Below are positions 20,876 to 29,853 of a DNA stretch of 35,719 nucleotides, one piece after another. Position numbers and translations under genes: made by a program. The notes beneath the pieces are model-generated. The model was not told where the DNA came from. It did no database searches and was given only the letters and a program-made list of their open reading frames with translations. Positions within the stretch are counted from its first letter, which is position 1. Each line of letters opens with the position of its first letter. Location: the sequence record SRR22947725_2340; one strand, 5' to 3'.

Positions 20876-22438
20876 ATGAAACTCCTGAAATCGGTCTATC
20901 GCTCCAGCTCTTTTTTGATCTTCCTTTTCATTTGGTTGGAGTCCACCGCGGCCCCAAAACCCAACATTCTTCTCATCACCGCCGACGATCTGGGATGGGA
21001 TTCATTGGGTTGCATGGGGAACCCCCTTGAAGGATTGTCCCCAAACTTGGATCGTCTTGCCTCCGAAGGCTTACTGATCAAGCACGGCTATGTGGCAACC
21101 CCCATTTGCGGGCCTTCCCGCCAAGCTCTTTACACCGGAAGGTTTCCACAGAGCACTGGACTTATGGGACACGGAGTCCAACCTCCTAATTGGTGGAAAT
21201 TAAATAGGAGCAATGCAGGAACTCAATCAATCACATCCCTCCTGTTACAGAATGGATACCTCAGTGGAATGATCGGAAAACACGGATCCGAATGGTGTCA
21301 GTTCAGTCTTCCCCCACACGGGCGAAACGATCAGACCGGAATGGGACGAAATCCGGAAAAATACTTCGCCTACACCCGTCAGTTCCTTGCCCGGGCAAAA
21401 GAAGAAAAGAAGCCTTTCTTTCTCGCCGCCAATGCCCATGACCCCCATCGCTATTGGGCAAGGCATCCAGATGAAACATCTAAATGGATCAATCAAATGA
21501 TGGGAGATGAACCATGGGAACGCCTGCTCAATGGCAAACCTTACCCCGATCCAAAGTCCAGATTTATACCCGAGCAATGCCCTGTCCCACCCGCCTATCC
21601 CAGGGTACCAAAATTAAAAGAATCTCTGGCTAGTTACTATGACTCCGTCAATCGAATGGACCAAGTTGTCGGAGGGGTGCTACAAGCACTAGAAGAAAGC
21701 GGACTGGCGAAAAATACCCTCGTGCTCTTTCTCTCCGATCATGGGATGGCGTGGGATTTAAGCAAGTGGTCCCTTTATCCATCCGGGGTCCGCACCCCAA
21801 TCCTTATTCGTTGGCCCGCACAAGTGAAAGCCGGACAAATTGATTCACAATCCATTGTTTCAGTTGTTGATATTGCTCCCACCATTGCGGAACTTTGTGG
21901 ATTATCCCCCATGACTAAAACCGATGGAAAATCTTTTTCTTCTTTATTGAAAAAACGACAGTCAAAATGGAAACGCTCCAGTGCATTCAGTTGTTTTAAT
22001 TATATGAACAATAGCCCTGAAATCGATAATTCGATTGATTCCTTTCCTTCTGATTTACCTGAAAAATTTGATCAATACCGACCATCTCGCTCTTTAAACA
22101 ACAAAGATTTCAGTTATGTATGGAATGGGTGGGCTGATGGCAATCGATCCTTACCGAGAACCATGCTCGGAGAATTTCACTGGATGATAACAAAACTGGC
22201 AGGGAACAAGACTAATTCGACCTACGGAGATTATATTGAAAGGAAAAATTTTATTGAATTTAGAACGCGGGAAGAATTGTACGATTTATCCAAGGATCCT
22301 GGCTGCCGTACCAATCTATCCAAACATGATAATCATCAAACTACCTTGAAGGATTTTAGGAATCGCATGAAAGAGGTTTTGCAAAAAACCAACGATCATG
22401 AATTAGATAACTACCTAACCTTCTTAAATAAAAAATGA
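20876..22438 (+). CDS. Formylglycine-dependent (S1) sulfatase, secreted
   Basis: Signal peptide. PNILLITADDLG, CGPSRQALYTG (CxPxR), GKH, DPH, SDHG and EELYDL..DP. Confidence 0.93.
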   Translation: MKLLKSVYRSSSFLIFLFIWLESTAAPKPNILLITADDLGWDSLGCMGNPLEGLSPNLDRLASEGLLIKHGYVATPICGPSRQALYTGRFPQSTGLMGHGVQPPNWWKLNRSNAGTQSITSLLLQNGYLSGMIGKHGSEWCQFSLPPHGRNDQTGMGRNPEKYFAYTRQFLARAKEEKKPFFLAANAHDPHRYWARHPDETSKWINQMMGDEPWERLLNGKPYPDPKSRFIPEQCPVPPAYPRVPKLKESLASYYDSVNRMDQVVGGVLQALEESGLAKNTLVLFLSDHGMAWDLSKWSLYPSGVRTPILIRWPAQVKAGQIDSQSIVSVVDIAPTIAELCGLSPMTKTDGKSFSSLLKKRQSKWKRSSAFSCFNYMNNSPEIDNSIDSFPSDLPEKFDQYRPSRSLNNKDFSYVWNGWADGNRSLPRTMLGEFHWMITKLAGNKTNSTYGDYIERKNFIEFRTREELYDLSKDPGCRTNLSKHDNHQTTLKDFRNRMKEVLQKTNDHELDNYLTFLNKK

Positions 22439-23856
22439 TTTCTACCTTATCGACTCGTTTCATAAATTTATTTCCCTTACTTGGATTTGCCCTTTTGTGC
22501 CAAATTCTTGTGGCTGAACAAACCAAGCCCAACTTTATCATTATCATCGGGGACGATGTGGGATGGGATGCCTTCGGATGTACAGGGATGAAAGAGGCAA
22601 GAACTCCGGCGATCGATCAGTTGGCAAACGAATCAACCATGATGACTCGTTTCTACTGCAGCGTTTCCCAATGTGCTCCCCTTCGGGCCGAGCTTTACAC
22701 TGGTCTATTCCCAATGAATAACGGCGTGCTCGCCAATGCGAGGAAAGAAAAACGTACAGGGATTAAAAATATCGCCGATCATTTGAATCCGCTTGGGTAC
22801 AAGGTTGGACTGTCTGGAAAGAAACACTTTGGCTTAGGCACTGCCAAGATCGATGAGATCCCCGGTTTTCCCTCCAATGCGAATGGATCGAACCAGATCC
22901 ATTCATTCGATGGAGTCGAACATTATATTTCCCAGGCAAAGAAGGAAGGAAACTCGTTTTGCGTGGTTATTGGGGCGACCCACGCACACCATCCATGGGA
23001 TCATGGAGAAGAATCAAATTACCCTGTGGGAAAAGTAAATTTACGTCCCCACTACATTGACACACCGGCCGCCCGGCAGGCGGTTGCCAAACATGCAGCC
23101 GAAGTCGAAGTTCTCGATCAACAAGTTCGCGAGACCCGCGAACTGATGAAGAAGATGGACTTGGGAAAGGACACGATTCTGATTTTCCTGAGCGAGCAGG
23201 GAATAGCCATGCCCCGGGGAAAATGGTCCCCCTACGAACACGGATCACGAGCCATTTGCCTGGCCCAGTGGAAGGGAAAAATCCTCTCACGCAAGACCGA
23301 TGCCCTCGCCATGTACTGCGACATCGTTCCCACATTGATCGACTTTGCAGGGGGGGGGAATCCCGGTCTGGACGGTAAATCACTCAGGAAACTATGGACC
23401 AGCAAGAAGATCAACAACCACCGTAAAGAAATCCTGATCTCCAATGTCCACCCATTCTGGCAAAAGGCCATTGTCACCGACACCTACAAATTAATCTGGA
23501 CCGGGCATCCGGAAAGAGAGCATATCTTCAGTAACTTCACATCTAAAAGTAAATTTTTCGCCAAACCTTGGATAGAATGGATAGAGAAGGCCCAGAATAA
23601 TCAAAGAGTGGCCCGCAAAGTTGATCATATCCTTCAGCCCAAAGCCTTCGAGCTGTATAATATCGTGAACGATCCATACGAAATCAAAGACCTTTCCAAT
23701 CTTCCCGAAAACAAGAAAAGAATCGTCACGCTCAAGGCGAAGCTCAAGAAATTAATGACCGACTGCGGGGAATCAACCACCCCTCCATTAGAAACAGCAC
23801 CCAAAACTAAGAAAGATAAGGGCAAGCGACGCAAAATCCAAAAAACCTCAAAGTAA
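22435..23856 (+). CDS. Formylglycine-dependent (S1) sulfatase, secreted
   Basis: Signal peptide. PNFIIIIGDD, CAPLRAELYTG, GKKH, SEQG and ELYNIVNDPYE. Lys/Arg-rich tail. ATGA overlap with the upstream gene. Confidence 0.9.
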   Translation: MISTLSTRFINLFPLLGFALLCQILVAEQTKPNFIIIIGDDVGWDAFGCTGMKEARTPAIDQLANESTMMTRFYCSVSQCAPLRAELYTGLFPMNNGVLANARKEKRTGIKNIADHLNPLGYKVGLSGKKHFGLGTAKIDEIPGFPSNANGSNQIHSFDGVEHYISQAKKEGNSFCVVIGATHAHHPWDHGEESNYPVGKVNLRPHYIDTPAARQAVAKHAAEVEVLDQQVRETRELMKKMDLGKDTILIFLSEQGIAMPRGKWSPYEHGSRAICLAQWKGKILSRKTDALAMYCDIVPTLIDFAGGGNPGLDGKSLRKLWTSKKINNHRKEILISNVHPFWQKAIVTDTYKLIWTGHPEREHIFSNFTSKSKFFAKPWIEWIEKAQNNQRVARKVDHILQPKAFELYNIVNDPYEIKDLSNLPENKKRIVTLKAKLKKLMTDCGESTTPPLETAPKTKKDKGKRRKIQKTSK

Positions 23857-25713
23857 ATGACCATGACTACAAAGACCCGCCTTCTAAACAAAATTGCACT
23901 TCTGGCATTTTTTGTATCTTGCACGCTCCCCTTAACCGGAAAAGTTATAAAGCCCAACATTCTCTGGATTACCAGCGAGGATAACAGTATTGAATGGATA
24001 AGTTGCTACGGAAGCAAGAATGCCAAAACTCCCAACATTGACCAGTTGGCGAAGGAAGGGTTCCGTTACCTGTACTGTTTCGATAATGGTGCGGTCTGTG
24101 CCCCTACCCGTTCCTCTTGGATTACCGGGATGCATTCGATTTCCAATGGAACCCAGCCGATGCGCAGCGGATTCGAGATTCCCGCCACGATCAGCTTTTA
24201 CAACGAGCTCCTGCAAAAAGCGGGCTACTTCACAAGTAATTGTTCGAAAACCGACTACAACCTCAGAGCACCCAGTGGTCGCAACCCCAAGAACTTCTGG
24301 AACTATTCCGGAAAGGAATATGCAGGAACTTGGAAACTGCGTGAAAAAGGCCAACCCTTCTTCACAGTATACAATATTGGAGAGAGTCATGAATCCAGAG
24401 CCTTTGGCGATCATAAGGACGAGTCCATCGATCCAGAGGAAATGATCCTCGCTCCCTACCATCCGGATCTTCCCGAAATGCGCAATACTTACGCCAAATA
24501 TGCCAGTGCCATATCTAAAATGGATTCTTTAGTGGGGCAAGCGATCGAAAACCTCAAGCAGGACGGACTCTATGAAAATACAATCATTGTATACAACTCC
24601 GACCACGGTGGCGTGCTTGCCCGCAGTAAAAGATTCCTCTATTCCAGCGGAATCCATTGTCCCCTGATCGTGCGCATTCCAGAAAAAATGAAAGCCCTTT
24701 ACCCAAAAGGGAAAACTCCAGGATCCACCATGGATCGGATTGTAAGCTTCATCGATATGCCCAAGACCTGGGTCAGCCTGACCGGTGCTGAAATGACAGA
24801 TAATTTTCAGGGCCGGATCTTTCTTGGTCCAAATACAGAACCTGAATCCCAGTACCATTTCTCGTGGCGAGAGCGTGCGGACGAACGATTCGACAATGTC
24901 CGGGTGATGCGTGATAAACAATTCGCTTATCATAAAAACTATGCTCCCTTTGCCCCCAACGGACAGTACCTTGCGTACATGCACAATATGAAGGCAACGG
25001 GTGCCTGGGAACGCCATCATTTGGCCGGGAAAACTAACGCGGTGACCGGTCGTTTCTTCGAACCCCGCCCATCCGAGGAATTCTACGATAACTTTAAAGA
25101 CTTTCACAATATTGACAACCAAATCGATGACCCATTGCACCAGACTAAGATTAAAGAACTCAAGAAAGAACTCCGCCGGCAACAACTCAAGCACTTTGAT
25201 TCGGGTCTCATGCCCGAAGAAATGAGGAACCGGATCATAAAGGAAAAGAATACCACGGTATATGCCTTTGTTCGGGACCCCAAGCTCTACCCATTAGCAC
25301 AATATCTCGACTACTCCGACCTTGCCCTGACCCGTAAAAAGAAAAACCTCAAGACCTTCATCAAGGGACTTGCGGACGAGGATCCGGTCAAACGCTACTG
25401 GTCAGTGATTGGCTTACTGCTCCTCGAAAAACAGGCCAAATCTGCGATTTCAGAACTGAAAAAAGTGCTCGGGGATCGCGATGAAATTCCAGCCTTTGCT
25501 GCCTGGGCAATTTATAAAGCCGGGGAAAAAACATTCGCCGAGAAATGGATGCTTGAGGCCATTACCCAAAATCCGGGAAACAAGACACTGGCCAATATCT
25601 TTGACTGGATGGGTACGGCCAGCCACTCCTTGCTCGCTAAAATTCCCAGCGATAAGCTCCCCCAAAAAGGTCTACTCAAAGATGTGATCAAACGATCAGG
25701 AGTACAAAATTAA
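23857..25713 (+). CDS. Formylglycine-dependent (S1) sulfatase with C-terminal HEAT-like helices
   Basis: Signal peptide. PNILWITSEDN, CAPTRSSWITG, KTDYN, HES and SDHG. C-terminal L.DEDPVKRYW HEAT-like repeat. Confidence 0.92.
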   Translation: MTMTTKTRLLNKIALLAFFVSCTLPLTGKVIKPNILWITSEDNSIEWISCYGSKNAKTPNIDQLAKEGFRYLYCFDNGAVCAPTRSSWITGMHSISNGTQPMRSGFEIPATISFYNELLQKAGYFTSNCSKTDYNLRAPSGRNPKNFWNYSGKEYAGTWKLREKGQPFFTVYNIGESHESRAFGDHKDESIDPEEMILAPYHPDLPEMRNTYAKYASAISKMDSLVGQAIENLKQDGLYENTIIVYNSDHGGVLARSKRFLYSSGIHCPLIVRIPEKMKALYPKGKTPGSTMDRIVSFIDMPKTWVSLTGAEMTDNFQGRIFLGPNTEPESQYHFSWRERADERFDNVRVMRDKQFAYHKNYAPFAPNGQYLAYMHNMKATGAWERHHLAGKTNAVTGRFFEPRPSEEFYDNFKDFHNIDNQIDDPLHQTKIKELKKELRRQQLKHFDSGLMPEEMRNRIIKEKNTTVYAFVRDPKLYPLAQYLDYSDLALTRKKKNLKTFIKGLADEDPVKRYWSVIGLLLLEKQAKSAISELKKVLGDRDEIPAFAAWAIYKAGEKTFAEKWMLEAITQNPGNKTLANIFDWMGTASHSLLAKIPSDKLPQKGLLKDVIKRSGVQN

Positions 25714-25725
25714 AACTTTGAATGC

Positions 25726-26028
25726 TTAAAACCTGTAGAGTACGGATTTAAGATCCAACACTTTTCCTTTGAGAATGGGAATACCTTCCCGTTCGAGTAA
25801 TTTAATCTTTTGGTCGATGCCATTTGCATATCCCCCCACCTTACCGTCACTGCACACCACACGGTGACAGGGGACGACTACAAGATCTCGGTTCTTAGCC
25901 ATGGCCCGTCCCACTGCCCGATAGGCTTGGGAGTCCAACACCCGGGAAATTTCCCGGTATGTGGTAACCTTTCCCTTAGGAATCTGCCTGAGTAATTCCA
26001 GGCATTGAACTTCAAATTTTTTAAGCAA
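25726..26028 (-). CDS. O6-alkylguanine-DNA alkyltransferase (MGMT/Ogt) DNA-binding/catalytic domain protein
   Basis: IPKGKVTTY, RAVGRAM, VPCHRVV (active-site Cys), GGY and K..LL..EG. The TTG start is uncertain. Confidence 0.9.
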   Translation of the reverse strand: MLKKFEVQCLELLRQIPKGKVTTYREISRVLDSQAYRAVGRAMAKNRDLVVVPCHRVVCSDGKVGGYANGIDQKIKLLEREGIPILKGKVLDLKSVLYRF

Positions 26029-26142
26029 TTTATCAGATACAAATAAAGATTTCTATCTTAGCGTTATAAATAATTAGTCTGGCAATCGAAAAATCAGGTC
26101 TAAACTCCGCAAAGATTTTAAACTTTAACATGCAGATGGCAA

Positions 26143-26177
26143 TTGACCTGTATCCATAAACTTTGAAGTTTTAAAGG
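26143..26177 (+). promoter_or_regulatory. Candidate sigma70-type promoter, probably leaderless
   Basis: TTGACC at 26143-26148, 35 nt before the ATG at 26178. Shares ATTGACCTG with 6115-6123. Confidence 0.4.
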
Positions 26178-28763
26178 ATGATAAAGTCCCTCACCTCTTT
26201 AAGGCTCGTTTGCCTGCTATTATTAGGGTCCTCCGTACTCGCCCAACAGACAAAGCAAAAACCTCCTGTTCAGGAAACCAAGGCAGCTGTAAAGAAGAAG
26301 GTTAAGACCAAGTTCTTCGGCAAGAAACCCATTCCTTTTATCAATACCGCCCTCACCTTTGCCGGTCCGATGAACAAGATCGGGCGCGATGGAATCCAGT
26401 GCGACCTTCCGGCAGCCGTGTCCGGCAAAGACGGAAAAGCCCTGATCTCTTATTTGGAATGGGATGGCAAGACGGACCGCCTCATTTTATCCCGAAAAAT
26501 AAAAAAGGGATTCCAACAAGTTTCCGCTGATGTGGCCAAGGGCGTACTGCACAAACCAGCAATTGCAATCGACGGCAAGGGAACGGCGTGGATCTTTTGG
26601 AGTGAAACCCATGGGGACACGACCGTGGATCTCAAGGCAAGATCGTGGTCTGCGAGCAAGGGTTTCGGCTCTCCCCTTACCCTTGCTGACTCCGATGCGG
26701 CTGAGGCCTTTGTGGTCGCCGGAACCGACTCCAATGGACGGGTCTGGGCTTCCTGGCAATCATTTCGGGCGGGAGAAGCGGATATTTATGCCCGTTTCCT
26801 CGATCCAAAATCCGGAAAATGGTCTAAGGAAATTGCCGTGGCTACCGAGCAGGGAGGAGATTGGGAACCGAGCATCGCCTTCGACCAAAAGGGTCAAGCC
26901 TGGATCGCCTACGACAGTTCGCGTGGAAACGAGTTCAACCTCAACTTGGCCCGGGTGAACGATCAAGGCCAAACCAGGGAATTCGCAATTGCCCACAGTC
27001 CCAAGTACGAAGCCCGTGCATCCATCACCACCACCGCACAAGGTGATGGATTCTGGATCACTGCCGAGAGAGGAAAGGAAAAGCACGGACTCGACTACCG
27101 GGGTCATGGAAACGATACTGGAATTAATGCCAAGAAATCAGTTCTTTTCGGAAAATTCGAAAGCACAACCGGCAAGTTCACCGAGATTCCCCTGGGGCAT
27201 GCAGGAAGAGCAGGTAACCCCGTTAACCGACCAGTCGTCGGCGTCGGCAAGGATGGAAACCCCTGGGTCGTCTACCGGTATTTCAACCGGGCCCTTTGGC
27301 GAATCGCCGCAACTGGCTATCGTCTTGACTCCAAGACCTGGAGCTCGAGAAGAAGAATTCCCAACAGTAGTTTCGGGCAAGACAGGACCGCCATTTTCCT
27401 ACCAGCCCATGAGAAGGGTGACCTCCGCCTATGCTGGCCATCCGACGAGCGCCCGAACAAGGCCCATCAAACCGCCGCGGTCTTTCTCGCCGCCCTGCCC
27501 TCTTCGACATCTCTGCCCGCAGCCACCCCCGAAAAAGCAGGTAAAGCCCCAACCAAGAAGCAACTCCCACACTCGCACAAAACCCCCGAACGCCCTGCCT
27601 TCGACCGTCATGAATGGAAGGTCGACGGACAAACCTTTGGGCTCTTTTGGGGGGATGTACATCGGCACACTGATGTCTCTAATTGCCGCACCGGGTTCGA
27701 CGGATGCATTGTCGATCATTTCCGCTATGCCTACGACTTGGCCAAGATCGACTTTCTCGGAACCTCCGATCACACCGACATTGGCAAGATCTATCATCCT
27801 TATGAATGGTGGCACAACCAACGGATGCACGATGCCCTGCATAGCCCTGGTCGTTTCAATACCGTCTATGTTTATGAGCGTGAACAGAAGTGGCCATGGG
27901 GACATCGTAATATCGTCTTTGCCCAGCGAGGGGGTCCTATCGTCTACATAAAGCGTTCCCTCTATCTGAATTCTACCTGGCAAAAGACTTTGCCCGTGGA
28001 TCCCAAAGGAGCCGCTGAAATATCACCCTATGAACTTTGGGATTTGCTTAGAAAATATGACAAGCCCGTGGCTGCTCTGAGTCATACCGGAGCCACCGGG
28101 ATGGGCACGGACTGGAAAATATATGAAAAATTCGATTACAGTTCCGAAAATGTGGTTGAAATCTATCAGGGTGCCCGGGTTTCCTATGAGGCTGCGGGTG
28201 CTCCCCAACCATCTGTTGGTTTTTCCCAAAACACTCACTTAAATACAACCGGACGGGTGGTGAATTCACCATCCGCACCGATTATGGATTTTGGTAAACA
28301 CGGAAACGGTACTTATCAGACGGCTTTAAGTGAAGGGCATAACCTCGGGGTCTTTGCCAGTTCGGATCATATTTCCCAGCACGCAAGTTACGGGGGAGTA
28401 TATTGTAAAGATTTCACCAGGGAGGGAATCATCGAGGCCATGGATAACCGTCGCACCATTGCCGCCACCGATAAAATCTACCTGAATTTCACCTGTAATG
28501 ATCAGCCTCTCGGATCCTTTTTAAAAACCAAAGGGGCACCCAAATTCTGGGTCAAGGTGGACGGCACCTCCGATTTCAAAAGAATCACCATTGTCCGCAA
28601 TGAAAAGGACTGGAAGCACTTCAATGAATTCGAGGGAAAAGTCTTTGAGAAAACCTTTAGCGATCCGAAAATGCTCGAGGGCGAAAACCGCTATTATGTC
28701 CGCGTGATTCAAAGGGACGGCAACATGGCCTGGTCCTCCCCAGTTTGGGTCACAGAAAAATAA
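26178..28763 (+). CDS. Secreted beta-propeller + PHP-like metallohydrolase (DUF3604/CehA-McbA-like) protein
   Basis: Signal peptide. Repeated P.IA.D..G.AWI blades and a Pro/Ala/Lys linker. PHP metal motifs WGDVHRHT, DFLGTSDH, YE, GHRN, SHT, VEIYQ and ASSDH. C-terminal YYVRVIQ.DG.MAWSSPVWV. Confidence 0.8.
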   Translation: MIKSLTSLRLVCLLLLGSSVLAQQTKQKPPVQETKAAVKKKVKTKFFGKKPIPFINTALTFAGPMNKIGRDGIQCDLPAAVSGKDGKALISYLEWDGKTDRLILSRKIKKGFQQVSADVAKGVLHKPAIAIDGKGTAWIFWSETHGDTTVDLKARSWSASKGFGSPLTLADSDAAEAFVVAGTDSNGRVWASWQSFRAGEADIYARFLDPKSGKWSKEIAVATEQGGDWEPSIAFDQKGQAWIAYDSSRGNEFNLNLARVNDQGQTREFAIAHSPKYEARASITTTAQGDGFWITAERGKEKHGLDYRGHGNDTGINAKKSVLFGKFESTTGKFTEIPLGHAGRAGNPVNRPVVGVGKDGNPWVVYRYFNRALWRIAATGYRLDSKTWSSRRRIPNSSFGQDRTAIFLPAHEKGDLRLCWPSDERPNKAHQTAAVFLAALPSSTSLPAATPEKAGKAPTKKQLPHSHKTPERPAFDRHEWKVDGQTFGLFWGDVHRHTDVSNCRTGFDGCIVDHFRYAYDLAKIDFLGTSDHTDIGKIYHPYEWWHNQRMHDALHSPGRFNTVYVYEREQKWPWGHRNIVFAQRGGPIVYIKRSLYLNSTWQKTLPVDPKGAAEISPYELWDLLRKYDKPVAALSHTGATGMGTDWKIYEKFDYSSENVVEIYQGARVSYEAAGAPQPSVGFSQNTHLNTTGRVVNSPSAPIMDFGKHGNGTYQTALSEGHNLGVFASSDHISQHASYGGVYCKDFTREGIIEAMDNRRTIAATDKIYLNFTCNDQPLGSFLKTKGAPKFWVKVDGTSDFKRITIVRNEKDWKHFNEFEGKVFEKTFSDPKMLEGENRYYVRVIQRDGNMAWSSPVWVTEK

Positions 28764-28779
28764 ATCTTATCTGGTAGTA

Positions 28780-29763
28780 ATGAAATCATTTTTGAAATTT
28801 ATCCTCTCATTATTGCCGATTTTTTTAGTATCAACCGATCTGCTGGCTACAGAGTCTCAATTGCGGGAGGTTATTGTTAGTCACACGGACGAGAATAACA
28901 TACTCCAGCTTTATTATGTGAAGGAGGATGGCTCATCGAGGCGGCAAATAACAAATTCTATTCATGGATGCCTTCAACCCGCAGTGTCTCCAAATGGAAG
29001 GAAAATTGTATATTTACAAATGAGCGGAGAGGGAATGAGTATTTGGGTTTCCGACATCGATGGTAATAATTCGAAAGTTCTTACGAAACCAGGAAGAAAT
29101 TTAATACCCACCTGGTTCCCTGACTCCAAACACATCGTGTGGATGAATTTCAAACCGGGAAAAGATCCGGCAGAGAATAGTCAGTTACATATCATGAACA
29201 CGGAGACCATGGAATCAAGGCGGCTGTTCAGCGATCCAGAGCAAATTAAATTCAGCAATTCCATGCCTGTAGTCTCACCCAAAGGCAAGCAGGTGGCTTT
29301 TATTTCAAATCGTCAGGGCACCTACAGAGTCTGGCTGAGCAATCTTGATGGCAGTGATGCAAAACCCATTTCACCCACATCCACTAAGGAACACGATATT
29401 CTCGAGTTGCCAATTGAACAGAAAGTCCCCGCCTGGTCACCGGATGGCAAATGGATTGCTCATTGGGAAGGCGTGGAAATGATTCATATGAGCAAATTCA
29501 CGGGGATACAAAATCATCAAAAAGACAGAATGATTGGCGAGAGCTGGAATGTATGGGTGGTTCGTATTGATGGGAAAAAGAAACGAAAAGTGGGACACGG
29601 TGACGATCCAACATGGTCTCCCGACGGATTTGTGACCCGGTCTTTCCCGAATCAAAAAAAGGGCGGACCCAAAATCATGATTGAAACTAAAAACGAATCG
29701 AAGGAATTACTGATCGTTCCTCCCCAAACTCCTCATTATGGTCGATTCGCCTGGATACCATAA
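28780..29763 (+). CDS. TolB-like PD40/WD40 beta-propeller secreted protein
   Basis: Signal peptide. Repeats PAVSPNGRKIVY, PTWFPDSKHIVW, PVVSPKGKQVAF, PAWSPDGKWIA and PTWSPDG. No TolB N-domain and no neighbouring tol-pal genes. Confidence 0.85.
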   Translation: MKSFLKFILSLLPIFLVSTDLLATESQLREVIVSHTDENNILQLYYVKEDGSSRRQITNSIHGCLQPAVSPNGRKIVYLQMSGEGMSIWVSDIDGNNSKVLTKPGRNLIPTWFPDSKHIVWMNFKPGKDPAENSQLHIMNTETMESRRLFSDPEQIKFSNSMPVVSPKGKQVAFISNRQGTYRVWLSNLDGSDAKPISPTSTKEHDILELPIEQKVPAWSPDGKWIAHWEGVEMIHMSKFTGIQNHQKDRMIGESWNVWVVRIDGKKKRKVGHGDDPTWSPDGFVTRSFPNQKKGGPKIMIETKNESKELLIVPPQTPHYGRFAWIP

Positions 29764-29853
29764 TCATCCTTACAACATTCGATTACAAAAAATTGGAATA
29801 AAAGGAGCCTTCGGTTTTCTCGGTCTTTCGCTCTAGCTACATTCGGTCAAAAC

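Noticed and set aside
23932-25194. Antisense ORFs of 176 and 221 aa opposite the third sulfatase
   Set aside because: Antisense shadows of a conserved gene, with no motifs of their own.
25726-26028. Catalytically dead ATL protein or pseudogene
   Set aside because: It keeps PCHRV with the acceptor Cys, and short single-domain MGMT proteins are common.
26989-27951. 320-aa alternative-frame ORF inside the PHP gene
   Set aside because: Pro/Ser/Thr-rich with no recognisable motif, and fully nested in a well-supported gene in a GC-rich stretch. Typical shadow ORF.
28780-29763. tolB of the Tol-Pal system
   Set aside because: It lacks the N-terminal alpha/beta domain, and there are no tolQRA or pal neighbours.
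29803-29822. Bidirectional terminator between the TolB-like and esterase genes
   Set aside because: The stem relies mostly on G-T pairs and is not convincing.
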